The notes beneath the pieces are model-generated. The model worked only from the letters and a program-made list of their open reading frames with translations. It ran no database searches and had not been told where the DNA came from. A DNA stretch of 55,724 nt, taken from an uncultured Planctomycetaceae bacterium (GTDB lineage Bacteria > Planctomycetota > Planctomycetia > Pirellulales > UBA7805). Position numbers and translations under genes: made by a program. Of the stretch, positions 1 through 7,569 are shown one piece after another. The stretch lies in contig CAYFZZ010000192.1 in the NCBI GenBank assembly GCA_964347545.1, positions 1 to 55,724 on the forward strand, written 5' to 3'. How positions within the stretch are numbered: the first letter of the stretch is position 1; every line of letters starts with the position of its first letter.

Positions 1-2
1 CG

Positions 3-479
3 TTGGCTGGATTGTTGTACCCAATCTCTCTACAGTCGCTCACCCAACAGTCGAATCTATCGATCTACGTGAATTTCGGGGTCTCGCACATATTGTGTGG
101 GCTCATTGCCGCTGTGTACCCTTTCTTTCTGATCACATTCCTGTCGGTTCGCGTATTTTATCCAACGCTTATCGATCGAGGACATCAGGATGGCAGTGAT
201 GTCGTCGCATTGGGCCGCGTGAGCCGACGCATGAATGCCTATCTGTTCCTTTCCGGTAGTATTCCGGCCATTTCGATCGCGATGCTGGTGTTGGCCGGCC
301 TGTTGACCGAGTCGCACGGGACTTTAGCGCTCTCAGTGTTGAGCGCTGTCGGCGTCGCCGGTTTCGGTCTGGCGTTTTCACTGTACAGGACTCTGCAACG
401 CGATCTTTCGGCCCTGGCCCTGGCCGCTTCGCCCGCTGAATCCCTGTCGGTAGTTTCCAGGTCACTCAACGAATTTTAG
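3..479 (+). CDS. C-terminal part of a polytopic membrane protein (5' end outside window), function unknown
   Basis: The open frame runs from the window edge to TAG at 477-479. It has several hydrophobic helix-length segments (VSHILCGLIAAVYPFFLITFLSV, IPAISIAMLVLAGLL, ALSVLSAVGVAGFGLAFSLY). GC is lower than in the rest of the window. Confidence 0.55.
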   Translation: MAGLLYPISLQSLTQQSNLSIYVNFGVSHILCGLIAAVYPFFLITFLSVRVFYPTLIDRGHQDGSDVVALGRVSRRMNAYLFLSGSIPAISIAMLVLAGLLTESHGTLALSVLSAVGVAGFGLAFSLYRTLQRDLSALALAASPAESLSVVSRSLNEF

Positions 480-620
480 TGCCACCCAAGGAACCGGCGA
501 GCGGCGGGCACAAGACGACTGAAAACGATACTCCGACAGGTGACCTTACACAGGATTCAAATCAGCAAGCGAACGTCTCCGGCTCGCCGTCGGATGTGAC
601 TGGCGTACCAAAGTCAGCTC

Positions 621-656
621 GAAAAAAGAAGGCTCGACCTCCAGAGAGGCCGAGCC
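621..656 (-). terminator. Rho-independent terminator for a minus-strand transcript
   Basis: On the minus strand this reads GGCTCGGCCT-CTCTGG-AGGTCGAGCC, a 10-bp stem with one G-U pair (arms 647-656 and 631-640). It is followed by TTCTTTTTTC (621-630). There is no T-run on the plus-strand side, so it is unidirectional. Confidence 0.6.
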
Positions 657-666
657 CGTGACTCGA

Positions 667-768
667 TTATCGGATCCGGTTAAAGATCCTCACGAGATGG
701 TGACTGCCGCTACCCGGCAGCCCGCCGGCTACCTTAGCCGCAGCCACCTCGCTGGTTTGTACAGTCAT
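667..768 (-). CDS. Candidate 33-aa small protein (MTVQTSEVAAAKVAGGLPGSGSHHLVRIFNRIR)
   Basis: ATG at 768-766 is preceded by AAGGAGGTG about 12 nt upstream. TAA lies at 669-667, and the intrinsic terminator starts about 10 nt after the stop. I recognise no homologue. The ORF is below the size cutoff of the ORF track. Confidence 0.3.
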   Translation of the reverse strand: MTVQTSEVAAAKVAGGLPGSGSHHLVRIFNRIR

Positions 769-1136
769 ATAACAACGGACCACCTCCTTTCTCTAACAGA
801 GTTCCCCGCAACCAGAGGCTTACCAGCACCCCCGCCTTCGCGGGCCGTTAGTCCGTCGTGCCGCGTAAGCACGACCCGTCAGCTTCTATGATGATTAATT
901 CGCCTGGCCGTGCAAGCCCAACCGGGGCAGTCACCCCGTTTTACCCGATGCACAGCCCCTCGGGACGCGTCACCGCTGGCACAAGCCCAGCCCGCCAGGG
1001 GCTCAGCACCGCGGTGCTTGCCGGAACCCGCCGTGGCTGCTGTCACCCTGCTGGGCAAGGCCACCGGCAGGCAAAGACCAACCGGGACGCGACCGGTCAT
1101 CCCGCCACCGCCCGCCGGGGCCCGGCCGTGCCAGGC

Positions 1137-1769
1137 CTACTGGGGCCGGTCCTCCTCCCCCGTCTCTTCCGCCGAACCGGCCCCTTCCCCCGGGCCCTGA
1201 GCGGCGAACGTGAGGGCCGCCGAATTGATGCAGTACCGCTTGCCCGTTGTCTGGGGAGGGCCGTCGTCAAAGACGTGGCCCAGATGAGCGTCACAGCGGC
1301 TGCACAGCACCTCGGTTCGCACCTGAAACAAGCTGCGGTCTTCCTCTTTCGCGACGTGTTCTGCCTCCAGCGGCCGGTCGAAACTGGGCCAGCCCGTGCC
1401 CGAGTCATACTTGTGTTCCGAGGCGAACAACGGCTGCTCGCAGCAGACGCACCCGTACACTCCCTCCTCCTTATGATCGGCATACGCGCCCGTCCCAGCT
1501 CGTTCCGTGCCCTTGCGGCGGGTGATCTCATACTGCAGCGGCGTCAACTGAGCTCGCCATTCTGCATCCGTTTTCACAACCTTTGCCTGTTTGTGCATCC
1601 TGTGTCCCTTTTCTTGCTGGACCGCTCCTGCCGTACCACCCCCGGTTGCTGATCCTGAGGCCCCCCCGCGGCCAGCGGCCAGTTCGGCCTGCGGCCGACA
1701 GCCCGCCAGGGCGACGATGGTTGCGCCGAAAACCGAGGTGACAGCCAGCGACCGGATGCTGTGGTTCAT
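1137..1769 (-). CDS. msrB: Peptide-methionine (R)-S-oxide reductase MsrB, lipoprotein-type signal peptide
   Basis: It carries two CxxC zinc motifs ([25 protein letters not shown]) and the catalytic RYCINS motif. The N-terminus [24 protein letters not shown] contains a lipobox. Confidence 0.9.
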   Translation of the reverse strand: MNHSIRSLAVTSVFGATIVALAGCRPQAELAAGRGGASGSATGGGTAGAVQQEKGHRMHKQAKVVKTDAEWRAQLTPLQYEITRRKGTERAGTGAYADHKEEGVYGCVCCEQPLFASEHKYDSGTGWPSFDRPLEAEHVAKEEDRSLFQVRTEVLCSRCDAHLGHVFDDGPPQTTGKRYCINSAALTFAAQGPGEGAGSAEETGEEDRPQ

Positions 1770-1793
1770 GGGGTACCCTCTCTGGGGGAAATT

Positions 1794-3002
1794 TTACGCC
1801 TCGACCGGGTCTGATTCCAGTTCCAGCGGGGTCGTCCAGTCACCGCGGCAGGTGGCTTGATAAGCATCGACCAGTCCGCGGACCACCGCGGGGCAGCGGG
1901 CGGCCACGTCGTTCACCTCCCAGCGGTCGTCCGGTTTGGCGTACAGTTCCAGCCTTTGGTCTGCGGCGTGTCGCAGGAACCAGGCTGGTGTCCGTACCGC
2001 CCAGGCCCCCTCCTGGCCCATTACCACGGCCCGTGTCCGCCGCGAGGCGTCCGGCCTGGCCCCGTCCAGCAGATTCACCGCCGGGGGAGGGCCTGGGCTG
2101 CGGGTCGAGCCGGAAAACCAGTCTCCCAGGGTCGCGTAGACGTCGGCGGGCTGGACCAGCTGTGGGCAGCGGATCGCGGCGCCCGCCCCGGGGGCCCGGA
2201 CCACCAGGGGCACCTGGATCAGTTCCCCGTACAGCGGTTCACCCTCCCCTTTGCGCCGTACCGGACCCACCTGGCGGTGTTCTCCCAAGGGAAACCCGCG
2301 GGCCGCGACGATCATCACCAGGGTCTGATCGGACAAGCCTCGTTCGTCCAGCGCGTGAAAAAAGGCTCCCAGACACTCATCCCACAACGTCACCTGTCCT
2401 GCGTAAGCCTGGGTGTAGCCCAGCAGCACATCGGGATCGTAGTCTTCTGCCAGGCTAAGACAGGGCACCGTGGCTGTGTCCGGTGGTGGGGGATCGTCTT
2501 GGTCCGCATAGGCCTCTCGGAACCTGAGTGGCGCGTCCCAGCTGGTGGCCAGGGCCCGGGTGTGCAGCCACAAGAGGGTTGGCTGATCGAGGGTATGGAG
2601 TTGAGCGATGGCGGCGGCAAAAAACTGGCCGCAATGCGTGGCTTCGACCTCTTCGGCCGGCTGCTGTTGGTCCCGCAAGTCGACCAGGGATCGCGCGTCA
2701 AACTGGTCTGCTCCCGCCAGCCCCGCCACCTCGGTGTCGTCCGTCAGCAGACAGGTTGCCGTGCCCAGCGATTTCATGTGGTCCGGTAAGGGAGGAGCCA
2801 GCCGCGGTGTCAGGGCATGGCTGCCCCGCCACCACGATTCGTACAACAGGGGCAACCGGGGGCTGTCGATCAGGGCTTGGTCGAACAGCAGGGACTGGCT
2901 GGCAAACTGGTCGAAGTGAGGGGTGTGGATCCACGTGTTGCCGTAGGCACCCAGAAACCCGGCAGACAAGCGATCGACGACGAGGCAAACGGCGTGTTTC
3001 AT
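1794..3002 (-). CDS. Sulfatase-fold (alkaline-phosphatase superfamily) protein lacking the formylglycine motif
   Basis: The N-terminus VCLVVDRLSAGFLGAYGNTWIHTPHFDQFA resembles the sulfatase N-terminus. The position of C/S-x-P-x-R reads SPRLPLLYE. Start chosen at ATG 3002 (MKHAVCLVVD), and the ORF could extend to 3053. Confidence 0.75.
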   Translation of the reverse strand: MKHAVCLVVDRLSAGFLGAYGNTWIHTPHFDQFASQSLLFDQALIDSPRLPLLYESWWRGSHALTPRLAPPLPDHMKSLGTATCLLTDDTEVAGLAGADQFDARSLVDLRDQQQPAEEVEATHCGQFFAAAIAQLHTLDQPTLLWLHTRALATSWDAPLRFREAYADQDDPPPPDTATVPCLSLAEDYDPDVLLGYTQAYAGQVTLWDECLGAFFHALDERGLSDQTLVMIVAARGFPLGEHRQVGPVRRKGEGEPLYGELIQVPLVVRAPGAGAAIRCPQLVQPADVYATLGDWFSGSTRSPGPPPAVNLLDGARPDASRRTRAVVMGQEGAWAVRTPAWFLRHAADQRLELYAKPDDRWEVNDVAARCPAVVRGLVDAYQATCRGDWTTPLELESDPVEA

Positions 3003-3127
3003 GGACGCAGCGGAAAGATCGTTCTTTTTTCCTTGCCGGCCGGTGCCCCTCATCGTCCGTCGGGCCGCTCACCGTATTTTCGCTTGGCGAGCGACGGCCC
3101 GCGGGATCGCCGGCTGACCCGGCGGGT

Positions 3128-5203
3128 TCACCTGGGCTGCTGGCCCAGGACCTCTTTGGCCGCCGCGACCACAGCGGCGGGGGTCATGCCAAAGTGTTCG
3201 TACAACGTCCCATAAGGTGCCGAGGCCCCAAAACTGTCCATACCGATAAATTTGCCGCAGGGCCCCAGGTACTTTTCCCAACCCTGGCCCACACCCGCCT
3301 CGACGGCCACCCGCGCGGTCACCTCGGGGGGGAGCACCTCATGGCGATAGGCCTCCTCCTGCTGGTCGAAAATCTCCCACGAGGGGAGGCTCACCAGGCG
3401 GGCCCGCGTCCCTCCCGCCGTCAGCTGCTGGTAAGCCTCGACGGCGATCGCCAGCTCACTGCCGGTACCCATCAAGATCACCTCGGGCGGGCCCTGGGGG
3501 GGATCCGCCAGCACGTAACCGCCGCGCCGGACGCCTGTGGCGGGGGCATACTGGGTGCGGTCCAGCGTCGGGATGGCTTGTCGGGTCAACACCATGGCCA
3601 CCGCGCGGTCTGTCTTGGGCAGCAGGCTGCGATAGGCCTCCGTGACCTCGTTCGCGTCCCCCGGGCGGACGACGACCATCCCGGGCATCGCCCGCAGGGC
3701 GGCCAGGTGTTCCACCGGCTGGTGGGTGGGTCCATCTTCGCCCAGCCCGATGGAGTCATGGGTCAGCACGTAGATGACCGGTTGCCGCATCATGGCGCTC
3801 AACCGCATCGCCGCTCGCATATAGTCGGTAAACACGAAAAACGTGGCGGCGTATGGCCGCAATCCGGTCAGGGCCATCCCGTTGCAGGCCGCAGCCATCC
3901 CATGCTCGCGAATACCAAAATGCAGGTTGCGGCCCGCATACTGTTGGGGACCAAAATCGCTTTCGCCCTCGATGAGGGTCATGGTGGACGGTGCCAGATC
4001 GGCGGATCCGCCCAGCAGCCACGGGACTTGGGCCGCGATGGCGTTGAGGACTTTCCCCGAGATGACCCGCGTTGCCGCTCCTTTGGCATCCGCCGGGAAG
4101 GTGGGCAGTTCGCTGTCCCAGCTGGCGGGCAGCTCGCGACGTTGGATCATCTGCCACTGCTGGGCCAGGTCCGGAAATTCCGCGGCATACTGTTGGAAAC
4201 GCTGGTCCCACTCCCGCCGCAGTTGTCCGCCTCGAGCGCCCAAGCCGTCGGCAAAGTGGGCTTTGACCTCCTCGGGGACCAGAAAAGTTTCGTCCGCCGG
4301 CCAACCGTACGCTTCTTTCGTCAAGCGTACTTCCTCGGGTCCCAGGGGTGCCCCGTGGGCCCCGTGGGTATTGGCCTTGTTCGGAGAACCGTAGGCAATG
4401 ATGCTGCGGACAATGATCAGCGTGGGGGATTCCTGATTCTGTTGAAACGCTTGGAAGGCGCGTCGCAGCGACGGCAGATCGTTGGCGTCCGCGACCAATT
4501 CGACTCGCCAGCCCAAGCCTTCGAACCGCGTGGCGACGTCCTCGCTGAAGGCCAGCGCCGTATCACCTTCGATGGTGATATGGTTGTCGTCATAGATCCA
4601 GCACAAATTGGCCAGCTTCAGGTGACCTGCCAGCGAGGCGGCCTCGCTGCCAACCCCTTCCATCAAGTCTCCATCGCTGCACAAAGCGTAAGCGTTGAAG
4701 TCAAACAATTCATGGCCGGGCCGGTTGAAATGGGCGGCCATCCAGCGGGCCGCGATGGCCAGCCCCACACTGGTGGCGATGCCCTGTCCCAGGGGTCCGG
4801 TGGTCGTCTCGATGCCGCATGCCTCCCCGTATTCGGGGTGGCCCGCGCAGGGGCTGTGCAACTGCCGGAAATTGCGGATGTCGTCGAGGGAAATGGCTGG
4901 GTGTCCGAGCCCTCGGCCGGTGCCGTCCACCTCCTGGACCGCTGCCAGGTGCAGGAGGGAGTAGAGCAGCATCGAGGCATGTCCGCAGCTGAGCACAAAG
5001 CGATCGCGGGCCGGCCAGGTCGGTGCCGCCGGATCATACCTCAGAAACTCGTTCCACAGGGTGTAGGCCACCGGGGCCAGCGCCATGGGCGTGCCGGGAT
5101 GGCCGCTATTGGCCGCCTGCACCCCGTCCATGGCTAAGGTGCGGATCGTATCGATGGCCAGTTGAGATATTTGGCGGGTGCTCTGATCTACAGTCGACGA
5201 CAT
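3128..5203 (-). CDS. tkt: Transketolase
   Basis: The N-terminus MSSTVDQSTRQISQLAIDTIRTLAMDGVQAANSGHPGTPMALAP is colinear with TktA. A TPP-binding motif (GDGDLMEG-like, SDGDLMEGV) is present and the length fits. ATG 5203 has GGAGGGGGGAAG upstream. An alternative ATG lies at 5227. Confidence 0.95.
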   Translation of the reverse strand: MSSTVDQSTRQISQLAIDTIRTLAMDGVQAANSGHPGTPMALAPVAYTLWNEFLRYDPAAPTWPARDRFVLSCGHASMLLYSLLHLAAVQEVDGTGRGLGHPAISLDDIRNFRQLHSPCAGHPEYGEACGIETTTGPLGQGIATSVGLAIAARWMAAHFNRPGHELFDFNAYALCSDGDLMEGVGSEAASLAGHLKLANLCWIYDDNHITIEGDTALAFSEDVATRFEGLGWRVELVADANDLPSLRRAFQAFQQNQESPTLIIVRSIIAYGSPNKANTHGAHGAPLGPEEVRLTKEAYGWPADETFLVPEEVKAHFADGLGARGGQLRREWDQRFQQYAAEFPDLAQQWQMIQRRELPASWDSELPTFPADAKGAATRVISGKVLNAIAAQVPWLLGGSADLAPSTMTLIEGESDFGPQQYAGRNLHFGIREHGMAAACNGMALTGLRPYAATFFVFTDYMRAAMRLSAMMRQPVIYVLTHDSIGLGEDGPTHQPVEHLAALRAMPGMVVVRPGDANEVTEAYRSLLPKTDRAVAMVLTRQAIPTLDRTQYAPATGVRRGGYVLADPPQGPPEVILMGTGSELAIAVEAYQQLTAGGTRARLVSLPSWEIFDQQEEAYRHEVLPPEVTARVAVEAGVGQGWEKYLGPCGKFIGMDSFGASAPYGTLYEHFGMTPAAVVAAAKEVLGQQPR

Positions 5204-5573
5204 CACGTTTGACTTCCCCCCCTCCATGATTTTGAGTCTGGGATTTTGAGTCTGGAACACGCATGGCTTTGCCCGCCCGCGGGTGGTCTTCCACCCGGAT
5301 CCGGGGCCCGCCACCGGTGGCCGCCAGACGGTTTGCACAAGCGGTGGCGAACCGGCCGCCGGCCCCCGGGCCGCCGCAACAGGCGTCCCGCTTCCAACCA
5401 CTGTAATGCTAGTCACTTAGGGCCGAAATGCGGGCGTCGAATCGGTCGAGTTTAGTGGCCCGGGCCCGGCCCCGTCAATGATCCCGCCTGCCTCGCTTGG
5501 GCAGGTACCCCTTGGGGCGGGCACAACTTGGGGCCCGGCAGCAGGTTATGCCCCCTCACCCCAAAACGCCCGC

Positions 5574-5978
5574 TCAACCGCCGCTCAAGTAACCCGCGCT
5601 GGAGCGAAAGAATTTTCCCCGCCGTGTGGCGACTTCGGTGGCCGATTCTCGCTGGCGGTTCTCCAGATCCGTGAGGTTCGCCAGGCAATGCCGGCAATGG
5701 ACCTGTTGCAGATGAAAGGCGATGTAATCTGCCAGGGAGGGGGGTAAGACCCCCAGCAGATAACTGCCCAGCTGCTGTCGGGTCGGGCAGGTCAAGCGGT
5801 GACGCCGCCAGATTTCGCCCAGCGAGTGAACCCCGGCGTCGCGGCGGGCGTGGACATCGGCCAGCTGCTGGGTCAGCTGGGGATTTTCGCGGAGGGACAT
5901 TTCCACGTCCGCCATCTCTGGGACCGGCAGGGCTTCGTCCAGGTACGCTTCCAGATGTGCCGTCGAATAAGAGCGCAT
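5574..5978 (-). CDS. Small soluble Zn-finger (zf-HC2-like) putative anti-sigma factor
   Basis: It starts 9 nt after the ECF sigma stop. It contains a Cys/His cluster (LTCPTRQQ ... HLQQVHCRHCLANL). I see no TM segment. Start taken at the MRSYSTAHLEAYLDE methionine. Confidence 0.6.
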   Translation of the reverse strand: MRSYSTAHLEAYLDEALPVPEMADVEMSLRENPQLTQQLADVHARRDAGVHSLGEIWRRHRLTCPTRQQLGSYLLGVLPPSLADYIAFHLQQVHCRHCLANLTDLENRQRESATEVATRRGKFFRSSAGYLSGG

Positions 5979-5986
5979 GGGTAATC

Positions 5987-6631
5987 TCAGTTGGCCGTAT
6001 CCGACAACTCGGGAAACACATCCTGGTTCAGCCCCAGTTTCCGCAGGGTTTTCCGCAGGCGTGCCAGGAAATCGAATTTGAAATTCGCCACCTGCTGTTC
6101 GGTCAATCCCAAGGCCGCTGCCACCTGCTTGTTCGGCAGCCCGCGGACTTGCAGCAATTCCATACATTTCAGTTTGGTCCACTCGTTCCGCTCGCGCCAG
6201 TAGTCCAGCTGTTCACGCAGAGCTCGGGCCAGCGCATCGGCTTCCAGCGACTTGCGCTCGCCGCTGCGCGCCAGGCTGCTGACCGCACGGCGCCCGTCGG
6301 GCAATTCGGGGGCTCCCTGGCTGGTCGGCGGCGCGAGAGGGATGACCGGTCGCCGCCCTTCGCGGCGGAGATAGTCGGTCAACTTGTGGGCTGCAATCGA
6401 GAACAGGTAGCTTTCCAGCGACCGGGACTCGTCAAAATGAGGCAGGCTGGTCAGAAAACCAACGAAGGTCTCCTGGACGACATCTTCACTGGCCTCGCGA
6501 CGACCGATCCGCGTTTGCACGAAGGCCAGCAAGCGGCCTTCGAACCGAGCGATCAGCTCGTCCCAAGCCTGGGGCTCGCCGCGTCGGATGCGTTGGACCA
6601 GCAAGGTATCGGATTCTGAGGCGAGTGACAT
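5987..6631 (-). CDS. ECF-type RNA polymerase sigma-70 factor
   Basis: Region 2 is recognisable (LLVQRIRRGEPQAWDELIARFEGRLLAFV ... DVVQETFVGF). So is the region 4 HTH (LPNKQVAAALGLTEQQVANFKFDFLARLRK). Confidence 0.9.
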   Translation of the reverse strand: MSLASESDTLLVQRIRRGEPQAWDELIARFEGRLLAFVQTRIGRREASEDVVQETFVGFLTSLPHFDESRSLESYLFSIAAHKLTDYLRREGRRPVIPLAPPTSQGAPELPDGRRAVSSLARSGERKSLEADALARALREQLDYWRERNEWTKLKCMELLQVRGLPNKQVAAALGLTEQQVANFKFDFLARLRKTLRKLGLNQDVFPELSDTAN

Positions 6632-6702
6632 CGGTGTTTTTCAGGATGAGTCGAGCGTGACCACCGGCCACAGGAAGTTTGGCAAAAGGGCGGCGAGCGG
6701 AA

Positions 6703-7560
6703 CTACCAATGGGTCAGCAACAGGGTGGCCCCACTGGCCAGCAGGCCACACAGCGTGGCGGCAGACCATCCCAAGCGGCGTCGATAACGACCTTGGGTAG
6801 CATCATCGACCCGGAGGCAACTGCAAATCGTCAACAGGGCCAGCAGCACTGCCGCCAGGCCGACACCGGCCTGGCGCAAACGTTGCTGGACCACGGCTTG
6901 CCGAGCCCACAGCCACAACTGGTCGTGCGCTTCGCGCCCGATGCTCAACCGCTGGTAAACCTCGTGCATGTCGCCAAACGAATGCCTGCGGGTTTCCACA
7001 TGTTCGTCCACGACGACCAGATCGCGTAACCCGGCGGGGGGGAGGGAAAGGGCGAGCCCTTTGGCGTGGGCGATATTTTCATCCACGTATGCCCGCACGA
7101 CCTTGTGCAATTCCTCGTTCAGCACCCGCTCGCAATCCAGGATCCGGGCGTGCGGTCCGGAACGGATGACGGTGGGCGTGCTGCCCTCCCGCCGGTCCGG
7201 CGGGTCGGTTACCCAATCCGGCGCGGGCCGGTCGGGCAGCGCCAATCGCGGGGGCACGTCGGAGTCGGCCGCCGCCTGTTCGACGACCGGCATGCCGGCC
7301 AGCTGCGGGTCAGGCAGGGCGACTTCCCCCGCGCGGGGGCTGGTGGACAACCGAAGTTGGCTGGGACCTTGGGGACGACCCTGCAGGAAAAGTAGGGCCA
7401 TCCCGCACAGTCCGGCGACGGCGCCTAACGTCAGCCAGGGTAGGGCACCCAGCCGGAGGGCCTTGACCAGCAGCACGAGCCCACCGACCACCAGGGCCAG
7501 GAGGAGCAATCCTGCGGCGACGGCCAGCGCGGCGGAGAGGAAAACGGTAGGAACGGACAT
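6703..7560 (-). CDS. Membrane protein, unknown function (2 N-terminal + 2 C-terminal TM helices around a soluble middle domain)
   Basis: ATG at 7560 lies 10 nt downstream of the kinase stop. Both ends are hydrophobic, and codon GC3 is high like the neighbouring genes. Confidence 0.65.
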   Translation of the reverse strand: MSVPTVFLSAALAVAAGLLLLALVVGGLVLLVKALRLGALPWLTLGAVAGLCGMALLFLQGRPQGPSQLRLSTSPRAGEVALPDPQLAGMPVVEQAAADSDVPPRLALPDRPAPDWVTDPPDRREGSTPTVIRSGPHARILDCERVLNEELHKVVRAYVDENIAHAKGLALSLPPAGLRDLVVVDEHVETRRHSFGDMHEVYQRLSIGREAHDQLWLWARQAVVQQRLRQAGVGLAAVLLALLTICSCLRVDDATQGRYRRRLGWSAATLCGLLASGATLLLTHW

Positions 7561-7569
7561 GATCCGGCC

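Noticed and set aside
479-661. A 60-aa ORF (GTG start) directly after the partial membrane-protein gene.
   Set aside because: The translation is a disordered, polar sequence with no SD. The ORF runs through the stem of a terminator that belongs to the opposite strand, and there is no supporting motif.
621-1136. Possibility that the unassigned region is tmRNA, RNase P RNA, SRP RNA or a cobalamin or TPP riboswitch.
   Set aside because: I could not find the diagnostic strings on either strand. Missing are GGTTCGA-type T-arm plus CCA for tmRNA, GAGGAAAGTCCGGGC and ACAGAACCCGGCTTA for RNase P, GGAAGCAGCC for SRP, the B12 box, and CTGAGA...ACCTGA for TPP. The region is left as unclassified pending an Rfam scan.
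2528-5137. Very long ORFs antisense to well-supported genes. Examples are 2528-5137(+) opposite tkt, 21111-23069(-) opposite the HlyD gene, and 38008-39198(+) opposite the GNAT-like gene. Others are 47921-49210(-), 48967-50322(-), 51250-52521(-) and 53394-54707(-).
   Set aside because: Their translations are Arg/Gly/Pro/Ala-rich low-complexity strings with no motifs. In each case the opposite strand carries a protein with clear family signatures. Long shadow ORFs are expected at about 65 % GC.
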